The notes below the pieces were generated by a model that saw nothing but the letters and a program-made list of their open reading frames with translations, was not told the origin of the DNA and did no database searches. Source: Callorhinchus milii (taxonomy: Eukaryota). Taken from it: a stretch of 64,000 nucleotides of DNA. The translations under genes were made by a program, and so were the position numbers. The stretch spans positions 111,664,001 through 111,728,000 of the forward strand of contig NW_024704743.1 in the NCBI RefSeq assembly GCF_018977255.1, in the 5' to 3' direction. Positions 40,231-53,649 of this stretch are shown here, one piece after another. The first letter of the stretch is position 1. Each line of letters opens with the position of its first letter.

Positions 40231-42844
40231 TGCCCTGGTCCTGAGGACCCATGTGGCTCAGGAAGTGGACTACCGAGATGGCCAGATGCTTGCCTCAATT
40301 CGGACATTCCGTTGTCAAACATGTCACCTTGGAACCAGTTCCGCTCCAAGGAGACCCTGCTTACCTCCCTCTCAAGGAGGATAGTCACTAGTTGGTCATT
40401 TGACATCCGACAAGCGCGGGTTTGAGTCCCCACTAGGTAGAAGGCAGATACCAGGAATTCCCTGCAAGCTTCCAGGTGGGCAACAGAGCTAAGCATGAAA
40501 TTTGTGACATTGTCACCTAAATTTATTTAACTACAGCTAAATGACATAAAGGGAATCCAGAGCAATACTTGGAGGTATGCTAAGGCAATAGGTCAAGAGA
40601 GCACATTGTGAAAAGGTCATTTTAGGACAGACACAACAAAGCATTTGATTTTACAGAAGTATGTTTTTACAAAGGATAATTAATAGCTGGAATAGTTTAC
40701 AAGGATGGTTGAGGCCAGGACACTGGACTCAATTAAGAAACAGTTTGAAGTGATAATGGGAGAAGTACAGTCTGTATTCTGTCAGAATAAGAACAAATGA
40801 GCTGAAAGACCCAACTGATCTTGTGATATAATTGTGTCCCCTTTTTCCAGTGAAACCTATTAGATTAGCCTAAAAAAACATTTTGCAGCATTCTAATTAA
40901 GAGCCAAATACTCGCAAGTGATTTAGCTACCAGACTAAGCTTGTCTGTTTTCAAAACAGATTCACAGAGTGATTTTTACAGTTGTTACTTCGAGAAATAC
41001 ATGCAACTTCACATCAAGTAGCTTTTAGCAAGATTTGGCAAAATGTTCCTAGTTAAATCTGTGTTTCAGATGAGTCTGGAAATAGTTCAACCAGTTAAAG
41101 GCACACAAACAATTTATTCACAACAGTAAGTTTATTAGACCCTTTATTAATTTGTATTCCTCCTGCCACCTACATTGTATTGTACACTTAGATATCTACT
41201 ACATTTTAAAAATAGAGAAAATAAACACCAGGTTCTTATTTTAAAGTGTGTTGAAATTTCACTATACCATGATCAAAGACCATTAGTTTTTTTTGAAAAA
41301 TTATTTTTTACCAAAAAATACTGAACTTTTTTAAAAATCGATAACAAATTTTCTTCCAAACTTGACTTATAAATCTGAATTAACCATTTTATCTTCAATG
41401 TTTGGGATGATGGGTATGCATCAGTTTCTGGAAATGTGTATACCTTGATTTGTAAATTCATTTTTGTCGCTGTGGCTACTATAGAAACATCATGAAAATG
41501 CAATTAATTTACTTGGTAGAAAATTCAGGATTCAGAAAGAGATACAGAGAAAGAGAGACTCTGAGGGCGAGGGGGAAACAGAGAAAGAATTTGAGTGAAG
41601 TTCCCTGATTTTGTTATCAACTTTCCCCCCCCCCTCAATTTTCTCTTGTATCTTGACATCAAAAATACACCGCAACAAAACTAAAAATATTTGGGTTTTT
41701 ATTAGCCATCTGCCATAGCAAAATACAATCAACAAATCGGAAGAACAACATTGTTCAATACCAGTTAAAATGAATATAAACAAGATTATATTCCACGAAT
41801 GTTGGGCTATTTCTGCAATCTTATACACCTGATATATGAACAGAGGTTTAAGGTGACAATCTGCAACATGTGTAAGCTTGCCCTCTTTACTGACCTAACA
41901 ATGCACTTAGTATCATCTACTTGAATAATGCTGTGTCTACTGGTACAAGCAATTTATTCCAACTAATGATCGTCAAGCACTCATAAATCAGTATTAGATC
42001 TCAGTTACTGAGCTGGTGGATTCCACTTAAACAGATACAAGTAGCATTCAAATTTCTGGCTAGATATTGGCACACATATTGATTTTAATTAGCCTAATTA
42101 GTTCATTATGTTGCTGAATCAAACAGCTCATTTACTGCATTCCTCTGGCCTAATGACATACGATCAAGGTTTAATATGATAATGAAGCAAATCAATTATC
42201 AACCATAAATGCAATAATTAAGAAGTGTAAACACTGCACCCGTGAGTTTGCAAAATGCATAAAAATACAGCAAATGATTAACAATTTTGTCAGATACATG
42301 AAAATTCAACTCCCACAACAGCAGATTGCTGAGTTGGCATGTCTAGAACAGCTTCCGGATTTAAGTGGAATTTTATTGAGAATCAGCCAATTACCTTCCA
42401 CTTAATTGCAAAAACTTCTGGTCCTGATTTTCTCCATAGATCCTATCTAAACAGAACTCACTTAATTGAATATGCTCCCATAGATAAACTAATTATTTGC
42501 AGAAATTGTGGTCTTCTAATTGATTCTCTGTTATTTTTTCATCAGAGTTCACTGCTTCATCTAACAAGAAACAATCAGAATCCAAATGATACCAACAGAT
42601 TAGCTATAAGAGTATACCATTTTGAGATTTAAATACCCAAAAAACTAATAATTTAAATTGGACACTAAAGTTAGATTTCAGTACTTTCGTTTTTAGAAAT
42701 AGCAGGTCAAGCAAGCAGCAAGTTCATCGATCTGCAACGCACAATTTATACTTCATTCATTTTGGTGCAATTAAACATTATCTTAATATAACACAAGCAT
42801 ATAATTGTAAAATTAAAGGACCACGCCAGGAAAAGGCTATTTAA

Positions 42845-42930
42845 TATGTCTAATCAGCCTGTGGCAAATTAGCTCAGCAGACTGTCCTTTCACCTCTGGG
42901 ATCTGTGTTTGAGTGAAGCCCAGAACAATG
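42845..42930 (+). mobile_element. Ancient SINE head (LF-SINE-like)
   Basis: tagctcag...cctttcacctctgggatctgtgtttga...gcccaga resembles an LF-SINE-type head as recalled. Short and degenerate. Confidence 0.35.
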
Positions 42931-44221
42931 GAATGAAAGACTCTGCTGGTTTTTACCAGTTTAACATAAAATCTGTTCAAAGTGAGAAATGTGTTCAAAC
43001 TTGTAAGTGACATGTGCCCATAATTCTGCCCAGATTTATTCAGTGAGGTCAGGGGATAACTGGTATGAGAAAAGGAAACCATTGCACTAATCTTGACGTC
43101 AATATGCTTTTCAAATGTATTTTGTTGTTGTTATTGTTGTAATGCAGATGGGAAAGACTCTGAAGTTAGAGTCCTTGTGACAGAGCAGAGGAAGCTTTAC
43201 CTCATCACTAAAAATATGTGCGTTATACCTCGACTGAGACCCCAATACTATCACAAAGTACTTGTAAAGTGCGTGCATTTTGTAGCACCAGTGTCCCTCA
43301 TCTTGATTAACACAGAAATTCAGATATGTTTCTGAATCAAAACTACACTCTTTACTGAATCGATGACTGTGATATGCTTTATTGATTTCAATGATGAGGA
43401 GGATAGATAGTAAAACATCATGTCTCAGTGATGAATCCTGCAAATGTCACAGTAATTTGCAGTTTAATATGAAACTAGTAAATTACTCTTTTAAAATACC
43501 TTCAAGAGTTAAAATAATATACAACCTGGCCGAAATTGTTTTTATAAGGAAATGCTCGGAGAAGAAAGTAATTTAGTAATAATTTCAGGCCACTGCAGAC
43601 CATTAGGCTGCCGGCCCATACAATTTCCTACAAGATTCCATTGATGCATCTATCCCTAAATCTTGCAATCGTGAATCCTGTTATTTGACAAGAGCTTCTC
43701 TCTTTCCTTTTTGAAACTGTGGTTTATTATTCTGTGCTGCTGGTGTGTTCCATATGCCCATAATCGTTTTACTTAAAAAAAAGTCTCCTGTATTTTCCAT
43801 TCTCTTTTTGTGCTCTATTTTTGAAGATATTCTACAAGGATGAGGTGAAATAAAGAAGGGCTTTCTTCATCAGAACTTCTCATGACCTGTGATACAACCT
43901 CTCTTTCTTAAAATTTGCACACGGCAGAAATTTTTACCTAAAACCAATTTTACAAACGCTTCCTAATCTTAAAAATCTCTTCTTTGCCTCTCACCACCTT
44001 TCTATGTTTTAGATTGAAAAGAATCAATTCATTCCTATAGCTGTTGCAGGTTGAAGTAATGGCAACAGAACTCCATCAGAAAGAAAATGAGAGAATAACA
44101 AAGGGAGAGACCATAACAAATAAACTAGAACAGATGGAAAGAATATATAAAAAAATTAAATGCAACAACTCATCAACAACGTATTATAGTACAACTAAAA
44201 CAGCAAATAAAGTCAATGTAC

Positions 44222-45545
44222 TACAACAACAACAAAATTACATTTGTATAACGCCTTTCATGTTGGGAGGAGGTCCCAATGTCTGCACCCGAGCTGGGGG
44301 TCAGAATTGGGGAGGGTGGAGGGCAGGAGGGGAAGCAGGGTGATCGAAAGCATGGTCGAAAAGGAGGGTCTTGAGAAGGGTCTTGAAGGAGGCAAGGGAG
44401 GGGGCGAGACGGAGGGACTACAGGATGGAATTCCATAGGGTGGGGCAGAGTGGCAGAAGGCCCGCCCGCCAATGGTGGGGCGGGCGAGGTGGGGGATGTG
44501 AAGCAGGCCGGAGGCCGCTGAGTGGAGGGAGCAGGCGGGATGGTAGGGGTTTAGGAGGTCGCAGTGGTAGGGGGCAGCAAGACCATGGAGGGTTTTGAAG
44601 GTGTGGACCAGGATCTTGAACTGTATCCTCCGTGTGATGGAAAGCCAGTGGAGTCAGGCGAGGATGGGGATGACAGGGTCACGGAGCCTGGTGCGGGAGA
44701 GGACACGGATTGCAGAGTTCTGCATAATCTGCAGCCTATGGAGGGAAGAGTTGGGGAGGCCGACAAGCAAGGAGTTTGCATAGTCAAGTCTGGATGTAAT
44801 GAATGTGTGTATGAGGGTTTCGGCGGCCTGCGGTGTGAGACAGTGGTGGAGCCAGGCGATGTTGCGGAGGTGGCGGAAGTCAGAGCCGGTGATGGCATGG
44901 ATGTGGGGTAGAACAACAACAAGATTACATTTGTATAGCGCCTTTCACGTCAGGAGGACATCCCAAGGCACTGGACAGAGTACAGCATTTCAGACCCGAG
45001 CTGGGGTTGGGGGTTAGAAAGCATAGTTGAGGGTCAAACAAGACGCCAAGGTTCTGGACTGGCTTAGTAAGATAGAGTGTGCATCCATGGATGATGATGC
45101 TGTCAGCCCCTGAGTTGTGGAGGGGCTGATGGGAGCCAATCAGGAGAGCTCAGTCTTGTTGAAGTTCAACTGAAGAAAGTTAGCTCTCATCCAGGACTTG
45201 ATTTTCTGTCAGGTCAGCAGTGGTTCTGGAGTCAAGGGTGGAGGCAGAGAGGTAGATTTGGGTGTCATTTGCATAAATGTGGAAGTTGACCCCATGTCTG
45301 CGGATAATGTCACCAAGAGAGAGCATATAGATATTTAAGAGAAGGGGACCAAGGACAGAGCCCTGAGGAATGTCGCATGAGATGGTGTGGGGGCTAGAAG
45401 AGAAGCGGTTTGCGGAGATGAAGTGGAGACGGAGTGAGAGGTATGATCTGAACCAGTCAAGGACAGAGCTGTGAAGGTTGAGGTGAGGTGAGAGTAGAGG
45501 CGGTAGATGAGGATAGAGTGGTCAACTGTGTCAAAGGCAGCAGAA
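44222..45545 (-). mobile_element. L2 LINE fragment (~1.3 kb) with a nested L2 tail
   Basis: RT C-terminal segments, (CAA)n tail at 44222 and a second tail at 44912-45015. Confidence 0.9.
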
Positions 45546-45780
45546 TTCCAGGAATTCTGGAAGGGGGAGGTAATCTTGAAGAGGTAAGTTTTGTGTGACT
45601 TTTAAAAACATATAGAGTTGACAAGATGGAAGCATTTAGAGAGGGAGCTCCAAATGAGAAAGGCATAGTGACTGAAAGCTCGGCTGTCGATGGTGGGTGA
45701 ACGAGTTGAGGAACACACACCAAGCCACACACCAAGTTTGCTGAGCAGGAATGTGATGCTAGAGAAGGTCAGAGAGATAT

Positions 45781-46163
45781 AGTCCTGTAGCTCAGAGTTA
45801 GAGCAATCGCCTCACAAGCGAGACCTGGGTTCGATTCCCGGCAAGGCGAAACGTTGTGCAAGTTTCATTATTCCACGCGCCTGTTTACCTAGCAGTAAGT
45901 AGGAACCCGGTTGTTAGTCAATTGTCAGATCACTTTTCTGGGGTAATAATTCCTTCAAAAAAAATAATAATAATTTGGTCACTTCAATCCATGACTGTTT
46001 GTGGGACACTGCTGTGCGCAATGGGCTACCGCGTTTCGCCTACAAAATATACTCAATTCACTTTACAGTATATTCTTTGAAGCGCTTTGAGACATCTTGA
46101 AGATGTGATAAGGCGCTATATATCAAATGCAACGATTATTATTATTATTATCATCATTATCAT
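45781..46163 (+). mobile_element. tRNA-headed SINE, long variant
   Basis: Same head and tail as 10247, with an extra internal segment (gcctgtttacctagcagtaagtaggaacccggttgttag). Confidence 0.9.
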
Positions 46164-49100
46164 CAATGGACCTGTAAATAAGGGTGGCAGCAGAGGCAGA
46201 TGTCATCAGTATACATGTGAAAATTTACGCCATATCTGAAGAGATCATCATTCAAGTGCTATGAGACGCTGCCCTGCGTGAAGGGCACTATATAAATGCA
46301 AGGTTGATATCATCAAGAAGGAACATGATGAGATAAAGGAAGGGAGCAAGGAAAACGGGCTGAGATTCACCAGTGGGAATCATGTGGTGGTGGGAGGAAA
46401 AGCCACTGGAGGAAATTAAGTGGAGACAATAAGATTACATATGCAATAGCAAGTCAGCTGTTTGAATTTTTTTTAAGAAATAAATTATTTTCCATTAAAA
46501 GCCAAAAATCTAAGGACGTTGAGGCTTTGCAAACTGCAGTCAAATTGCAGAAATTGTATACTACACAAAATTGAAAATTTCTAGCTTTAAACAGGTTTCA
46601 TGTCTATGAGTTCCTACCAATCAGAACCAGCATTCAGGGCAAAGAGCAGAGGTCAGTGTCATGAGTACACAAACCACATGGTAGTGAAATTTGCTGCAGA
46701 AACCGAAATAACTTGAACGGATGTTGCAAGTGCATTCTTTCCAGAGGTACCTTTACCTCCTACTTCCACGAGGAAAGCTTAATCACAGGGCAACAGTGGG
46801 TCACTGCAACTTTTACTACTAATGTACTGTACAGTACTGTCACAGTTTTAAGACTTCAAAGAACCATAAACCTGGAACAGCTTAGTATGTCAGCAGGGAA
46901 GATACTTCCCACAGAGAGGGAGGAAAATAAATTAAAAATTTACGAGTTGGAAGGCGAGTCAACCTGGGCCATTCTTGTAAAGCTCCCAGCAGCTGGTTTC
47001 AGAAGGACACTGGCGGAGTCTCGAAGTGGTTCCATCTCCTCAGTTAAGAAATACATAGGGATGCAAAGCCGCAAATTCTTTTCATGCTATATTTATACTG
47101 TGCTTTTTAGTGACATAAGCACAGAGTAAACAAGTAATTTGGAACCTTTGTAACTGGAGGAAAGGGGGGAGCCAAAACTAACTTAAGGAAAATATTTGTT
47201 AAAACTACAATTTAGGGGCAGCAATTCAAATTTCAAGAATTTTGGAATCAATCAACGGCATTGGCTGTAGTATAAATCCAATTCCAACAAACTTTTAAAT
47301 CACTTTAACAACTTCTTACGCAATTCACCGCCTGCCTTAAGATTTAATTGGAATTGGTTCATTTCTATTGTAATTTGTCCATCAATACGAAGTGTTTTTT
47401 GGTTGTTAGCCAATTGTGCATATGAAGTTACAATCGTGCACTCCTCCAATACAGATCCCCAATCAATGGAATATTCCATTACAATACTGCATCCAACATG
47501 ATTTCCTGTTTTGATGAAGTGCTTTGAAAGACATTTCTCATACCACTCTGGTCAACTTACCGAGTCACGAATGGCAGTTTGTACCCCCAAAATGGGGGAC
47601 TAGTCTTTTTCATCTAATTTAGCCCTGGAAATTTTATGTTAACTAAATTAAAATATTTCACACTACTATGTTTTGAAAGGTATCAGAGAGTGAGTTATAA
47701 GGCTGTAATGAAATTGAAACAGTTGAACAAACTACAAAAATTTGTTCTACAATGGTTTGACTGGTGTATATCAGTCATCTTAATCATGTAACATTTTTAA
47801 TTCCTATTTAATCAAGATATACTTTTGTGAGCTGAACCAATTTTTAGTTCTTGGTTCAGTGGTCTTACACAAGATTGTTGACATAAACATCAAGTTTGTA
47901 ATTGTGTGGCTTGATGGTTTAGCAATAAATAATCTGCACTTTGATTACAAAGTTCATGAGGAACTTCTGGTCCTAGAAATCTTATCAGTTAATGACCACA
48001 ATCCTGTAATGTGTATCGGAAAATAAACATAGCTCAGTGGAGAAACACTTCTATGCATTGTAAAACTGTCCATGTAATTGTATGCTGCTGCAGTAAACCT
48101 GGATCAAACATAATTTACAATAACGCCATTTATCAAACCATCAAGTTAATTTTCCCATTTACTGTAATACTTGTTGAATATTAGATTATTTATAACCTTT
48201 ATTGTATTTGCAGAACAGTTTCTTTGAAATTGCTACCAGTGTTGGTTTTGGCATTTGTTAGTTATTTCAGGCATCAGCAATCAGTGCGTAAAAACACTTT
48301 TGAGTCACTGAAACCAGTTGTTCACATTTTAACTGCAGTCGGGACTTTAAGATGCCAAGATTTAAAATGAATTGATGAATTGAAATGCTGCTAATTTCAT
48401 CCATCCTGTTAAATGTGTAATTTAGGAGTTCTGACTCTATAGTTCATGCTAATTTTGAAAAAGAACATTTTCTGTCCTTCCCTCTCTCCCCACAAGTCAT
48501 TGTTTTTTCACCTAGGTACTTTAATTTTATAATTCAGGAAAATAACCATCTTGGGATTTAATAAGTACAATGAAAATTAACAGCTCTATTAAAATAATTT
48601 GTGCACAAAGGTAAAATAATTTAGTTTTACGTTCAATGTCCATCAATTATTATAACCAAATTAAAATGTAAAGCTCACGGAGAAAACAGCAAATTTGGTA
48701 GGCTGGATGAAATTAATTTAGGAATATCATTATAAGTAAGAAAAATCTTTGTGGTGGGGGAAATACTAGTGGAGTTATCAGGGGTCTGATTTGCATCTGG
48801 TGGGGAAAAAGAATAAAGGTTGTAGGAAAAAGCAGAGAATAAGATAAATAAGTATTCCATGGAACAACAGTTTCTATACTGTTGGGGCGTAAGAACTGAA
48901 CGAAACGTGACAATGAAGTGAAATAGTCGGGACTGAATACGGTGATTTAGGAATAAATGAATATTCTGTAAATTCTGCTTGATTATCTTTGGGGATCGGG
49001 GAATATCTCTGAGGACCATTACCCAGGAGATAGTGTGTGGGATGAAATCCATGATCAGGGAAGATTTTGTGTGATATGTGATAGAAAGAGCTGGTTTAAT

Positions 49101-50099
49101 GGGTATGAAAATAAACCAACGGGTCTTACATATGCAGCATGATCAAACAGTTAGAATTGAAACAAAATAGAATAATTGTTTCCTGTTCATTTAAAGAATT
49201 GTGTAGTCTCCCTCCATTTAAGGACTTCCTTTAATTTCACACCCTTTCCTGCAGACATGGTGTTGTGCTGCGGTCCATCAAGCTAATGCAATGAAGCTAA
49301 TTACTCTGATAATGAACTTTATTTCTGAATTGTTAAAATACCAACAAGTATTCACAGAAGCACAAAACCTATGAAAAACACTGAATTTTTACGGCATTAA
49401 TTGTCCAATAGTCTATATAAAATAGAAATAAGATTTGGGGGAAATAATACAAATGTGCTACATTTTTAGAGCAAATTGTAATTTTTAAAAAGTATGTTAT
49501 AAGAAGTATCTCTAAAAACTCTGGACTATAAATATTAAAATGACATTGGGGGGGGAAAAAAGGCATGGTATTTCAAGCAGAAAAAGATGGATGCCCATCT
49601 AACACGATGAGTTTAAATCCCAATAATCACTCAACGACTTTCATTTAATTGCATTGACTAGTTCCAATCTAGCCACTAGATGGAGAAGTGAGCACTAAGA
49701 GAATCTTCTATTTCAGACGAGAAACAAAACTGCTATAACCATCTCAGAAAAAGCATTCCCCACTGAATCTGAATCACACCTATACAATTATACATTGGAC
49801 CAGATAATTTTGAGTATACTGCTGTATAAGAGAAATGAACAAAACGCAACGGCACCATTACATACAACACTATCAATTCAGTAGTACTGTCAATTTTTTG
49901 ACAGTCATACTGAATTGATAGTGTTATATGTAAGCATGATGGGTTTCTTCATGTGTCATAGTTTTCGAGCTTAGATGGGAATTCATCTTTTGAGTGCTTG
50001 AAATACCATACCATGGGTTTCCGCATGTGTCATCCATCATGCTTACACACAACACTATTAATTCAGTAGTATTGTCAGTCTGGTGTCATACACCTGCAG

Positions 50100-50430
50100 A
50101 AACCCATCATGCCTAAGAGTATCCAAACCAAACAGAGTTCAATGCATCTCACATGGAAATTCTAGAGATTTGTATTGGAATAGAATGTGCACTCTTTCCC
50201 TGGAGAGATGCATCCTGCTTACCTAATTCCTGAAAGTATTAGGCGCAGGTTGGCAAGAGCCAAAGCTTGGTGACCCCAGAGTGTGCCTTGGGGTATTGCT
50301 GGAGTCTAACCAACTAAAAACGCATAAGAGCACTGCCTGGCAACCTTTCCCGCTGCTTGTCTTGGACCACTCTATCCATTAGAGCTTTGGTTTGCAGGGT
50401 TGCCTGCCCCCAGTGACGGCCCTGCCCTTC
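50100..50430 (+). repeat. Unclassified dispersed repeat, copy 3 (longest)
   Basis: Matches 8030-8400 (inverse), 39690-39875 and 56620-56950. Confidence 0.78.
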
Positions 50431-51104
50431 CAAGACCCATCAACTCTGAATATTTAGCACGGTGAATATACCCGGATGTGCATTTCCCACATCCTCTCTC
50501 CCACACCCCACTCCCCCCCACGTCAACATCCCTGAAGTCAAGCTCACGGTATTGGACTTCCAGCTCCCTGATTCAACATTCAACATTCAACTGTCAAATA
50601 GTACAATGCTAGATTTGGGATTTTTTTTAAATGCTGGTATGTCACAAACCAGCGGTCACACATGTGATTGCAAGCTGGACCTGGCTTCACTGACATCACC
50701 ACTGAGAATGGCAGTAGGGAGACCATAATACACACATCTAGTTATATTTCATGCACTAAATATCAAATTCACCACAACGTTCCCGTTTATGGCTGCTTGC
50801 AGTTATACATGTTATGTAGGGCAGTAGCATATTCATCTCCTTTTTAATAATCTTTGCATTTGATAAGACACCAGCAAAACACTTTACAGGATTTACCTTC
50901 AAGTCCAGTAACTGTGTATTTCCGGCAACCAATATTTGTGCACAGCAATGTCCCACAAGCAACAATGAAGTGAATGACCACCCTTTTTGACAAAGATATG
51001 CTAAAAAAGGATTTTTTAAAATTCTCTTCCTGTAGGTTAGTTATAGTTACATGCTCTGCAATGTTTCTTATCAACAGCACATTCACGATTGCATTTGATA
51101 TTGT

Positions 51105-51525
51105 ATATGTGATAACTTGTCAGAAATTAGACGGTACAATCTTAAAGGGGGTGAAGGAATAGAGCAACCCGGGGGGTTCATATAAGTAAGTCTTTGAAGG
51201 TGGCAGGGCAGGTAGATACAGCCATTAAAAAAGCATGTGAGAGACTAGCCTTTATAAAAAGTTAAAAGAAACAGAGGGAAGGTCAGGAGAATTTTTTTCA
51301 CACAATTTGTTCGGATCTGGAATGAATTGCAAGAAAGAGTGGTGGAAGCTGATTTAATAATAACTTTTAAGAGAGAAGATAATTATTTGGGGGAGGACAA
51401 GTTTGCAGAACTATGGGGAGAGAGCGGGTGAGTGGGATTGATTTGGATAGCTCTTTTAAAAGACCTGGTACAGACACGATGGGCTGAATGGTCTCCTTCT
51501 GTGCCATATAATTCTGATTCTATGA
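51105..51525 (+). mobile_element. CR1 fragment with 3' end
   Basis: ttcggatctggaatgaattgcaagaaagagtggtggaagc (RIWNxLxERVVEA), then gatgggctgaatggtctccttctgtg...attctatga tail. Confidence 0.85.
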
Positions 51526-52469
51526 AACATGTCTAGTTTGTAATGTCAGATTTTCAGCCTCAAGCTGCATTTAGGGTACGAAATCCACACATCCTCCATT
51601 TACATTTTATCACTGTCTGTAAATGAGCTGATACTATACATTCTAGAACCACGTTTGTTAACCTGCTGGGCAGCAAGCTACACATAGCCCGATAACCAGA
51701 AATGCTGTGGCACAATAAGCCCAGTACCAGTCAAAATCTTGGTTCCTCATAGAAGCAATGTTTTCACTGCTCTTTTTGTGCCTTGTGTATAGGTAAAATA
51801 CACCCTGCAGTTATATTTCTCTGCAGTTAAGTTTGAAATTACCACTTAAACTCATTGAAATGTGCAAAATAATTATTACTGCAAGTTTGTGATTGGGTAT
51901 TTATGCCTCATTAAGTCTAACGAATGCTCATCGCTGAAGATTCTATCGACATTCGCTGAGGAATGACCATTAGAAGGTACAGAAGGTCCATGCAATCATA
52001 TCTCTGAATCAGTCATCGCCTTTGAAATAAGAGAGCCGTTAAGAGAATAGTCAAAAGGTTCTGTGATGCTAGAAACTTAATTAAATGGTGTATTGATAAA
52101 TCCAACTGCTGTTTGCGACTGAAAAATACAACAATTACATTGGGTCTTTCTAAACATCAGTGGAATTTATAAGCAAATGTCCATCTCTTCAAATCAACAT
52201 TTCCCCCCAATTACTTTCTACGATATCATCATGTCCACCTGTATTCAAAGTTACCACTGTCCAGAAAGCTGGAAAGTTCAACTATTAAACAGTGCAAAGA
52301 AACATTAGAAACAGCAATTATTTTATTACATTGCTAGCCTACCCAAAGTAGTCATCCGTGTTAGCCATATTCATGTGAAATTCTAACACAATAGTCAGTC
52401 TAACAGGGTAACAACAATACTTCCATTCCCTCAATATACAGCTCACCTACAATGCCCAGAAATAGATCT

Positions 52470-52650
52470 CACAGGTAAAGAATGGAGTTTTCAAGATGTA
52501 GGTAGATTTGTTAGATCTGGGTATTAAGGGATATGGGGCAAGGCCGGGTAACTGGACTTGGGGTTCAGATCAGCCATGATCTTATAAAATGATGGAACAG
52601 ACTCGAGGGGCTGAATAGCCTACTCGTGTTTCTATGTGTACGTATCTATG
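52470..52650 (+). mobile_element. CR1 3' UTR fragment
   Basis: ttcagatcagccatgatc...ctcgaggggctgaatagcctactc...tttctatgt tail. Confidence 0.75.
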
Positions 52651-52794
52651 ACTTCTTCATACCAGTTAATCGCATGTACCTAGATTCTCCAAAAGGAATT
52701 GGGGGATTGTTGGCCTGGACACTTGGGAGAAACTCGCTTCCCTTTTCGAAGAGTACCATGGAATCTTTAACATTAAAATACAACCTTGGAGCAT

Positions 52795-53545
52795 GTCCCA
52801 ATACAGTCAGGTATCTTGACCCGAGCTGGGGGTCGGGATCAGGGGGGTGGTGGGCAGGGAGGGTAGGAGGGTGGCCGAAGGCTCGGTCGAAGAGGAGGGT
52901 TTTGAGATGCACCTCGAAGGAGACAAAGGAGGGAGTGAGGCAAAGGGAATGTGGGATGCAGTTCCATAGGATGGTAACAGAAAGGCTGAAGTCCCGGCCG
53001 CCGATGGTGGAGAGGACTGGGCAGGGGGTGGGGATGACGTGAAGCAGGCCAGAGCCTGCTGATAGGAGGGAACAGACAGGTTGATATGGGGTCACCAGGT
53101 TGCAGAGGTAGGGAGGGGCAAGGCCGTGGAGAGCCTTGAAGGCGAGGATTTTGAACTCTATCTTCTGGGTGTTGGGGAGCCAGTGAAGCCAGGCGAGGAT
53201 GGCCGGGCAAAAGTGATGGGTCACGGAGCCTGGTTCCAGAGAGGACACGAGCTGCAGAGTTCTGGATGATCTGCAGCTTGTAGAGGGAAGAGTTGGGAAG
53301 GCTGACAAGGAGGAAGTTGGCGCAGTCGAGCCTAGATGTGATGAATGCGTGGATGAGTGTTTCGGCGGCCTGAGGCAGTGGCGAGCCGGGCGATGTTGCG
53401 GAGGTGGGGGAAGGCAGAGTAGGACATGACACGAATGTGGGGTAGAAAAGACAGCTGAAGGTCAAACCAGACTCCAAGGTTCCGGACTGGCTCAGCGTGG
53501 TGAAGTGTGCATCCTTGGATAGCGATGCTATCAGTGCCTGAACAG
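52795..53545 (-). mobile_element. L2 3' fragment
   Basis: AETLIHAFITSRLDCANFLL...LHWLPNTQKIEFKIL...IGGRDFSLS. Confidence 0.92.
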
Positions 53546-53649
53546 GGAAATGAGACTTCAATTTAACGTCTCATCCAAAGGACATCATCTCTGACAATGC
53601 AACACCCCCCCAGCACTGCATTGTCATTGTCAGCTTAGACTGTGTGATT

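Noticed and set aside
42395..42590. Exon-like segment with good acceptor and donor on the minus strand
   Set aside because: Stops in all three frames, and exon 3 joins exon 4 in frame without it.
46713..47129. 138-aa plus-strand ORF
   Set aside because: Non-ATG start, no recognisable domain, antisense within an intron.
48675..49052. 125-aa minus-strand ORF, possible Penelope-like relic
   Set aside because: No diagnostic GIY-YIG or RT motif that I can identify, and no splice context.
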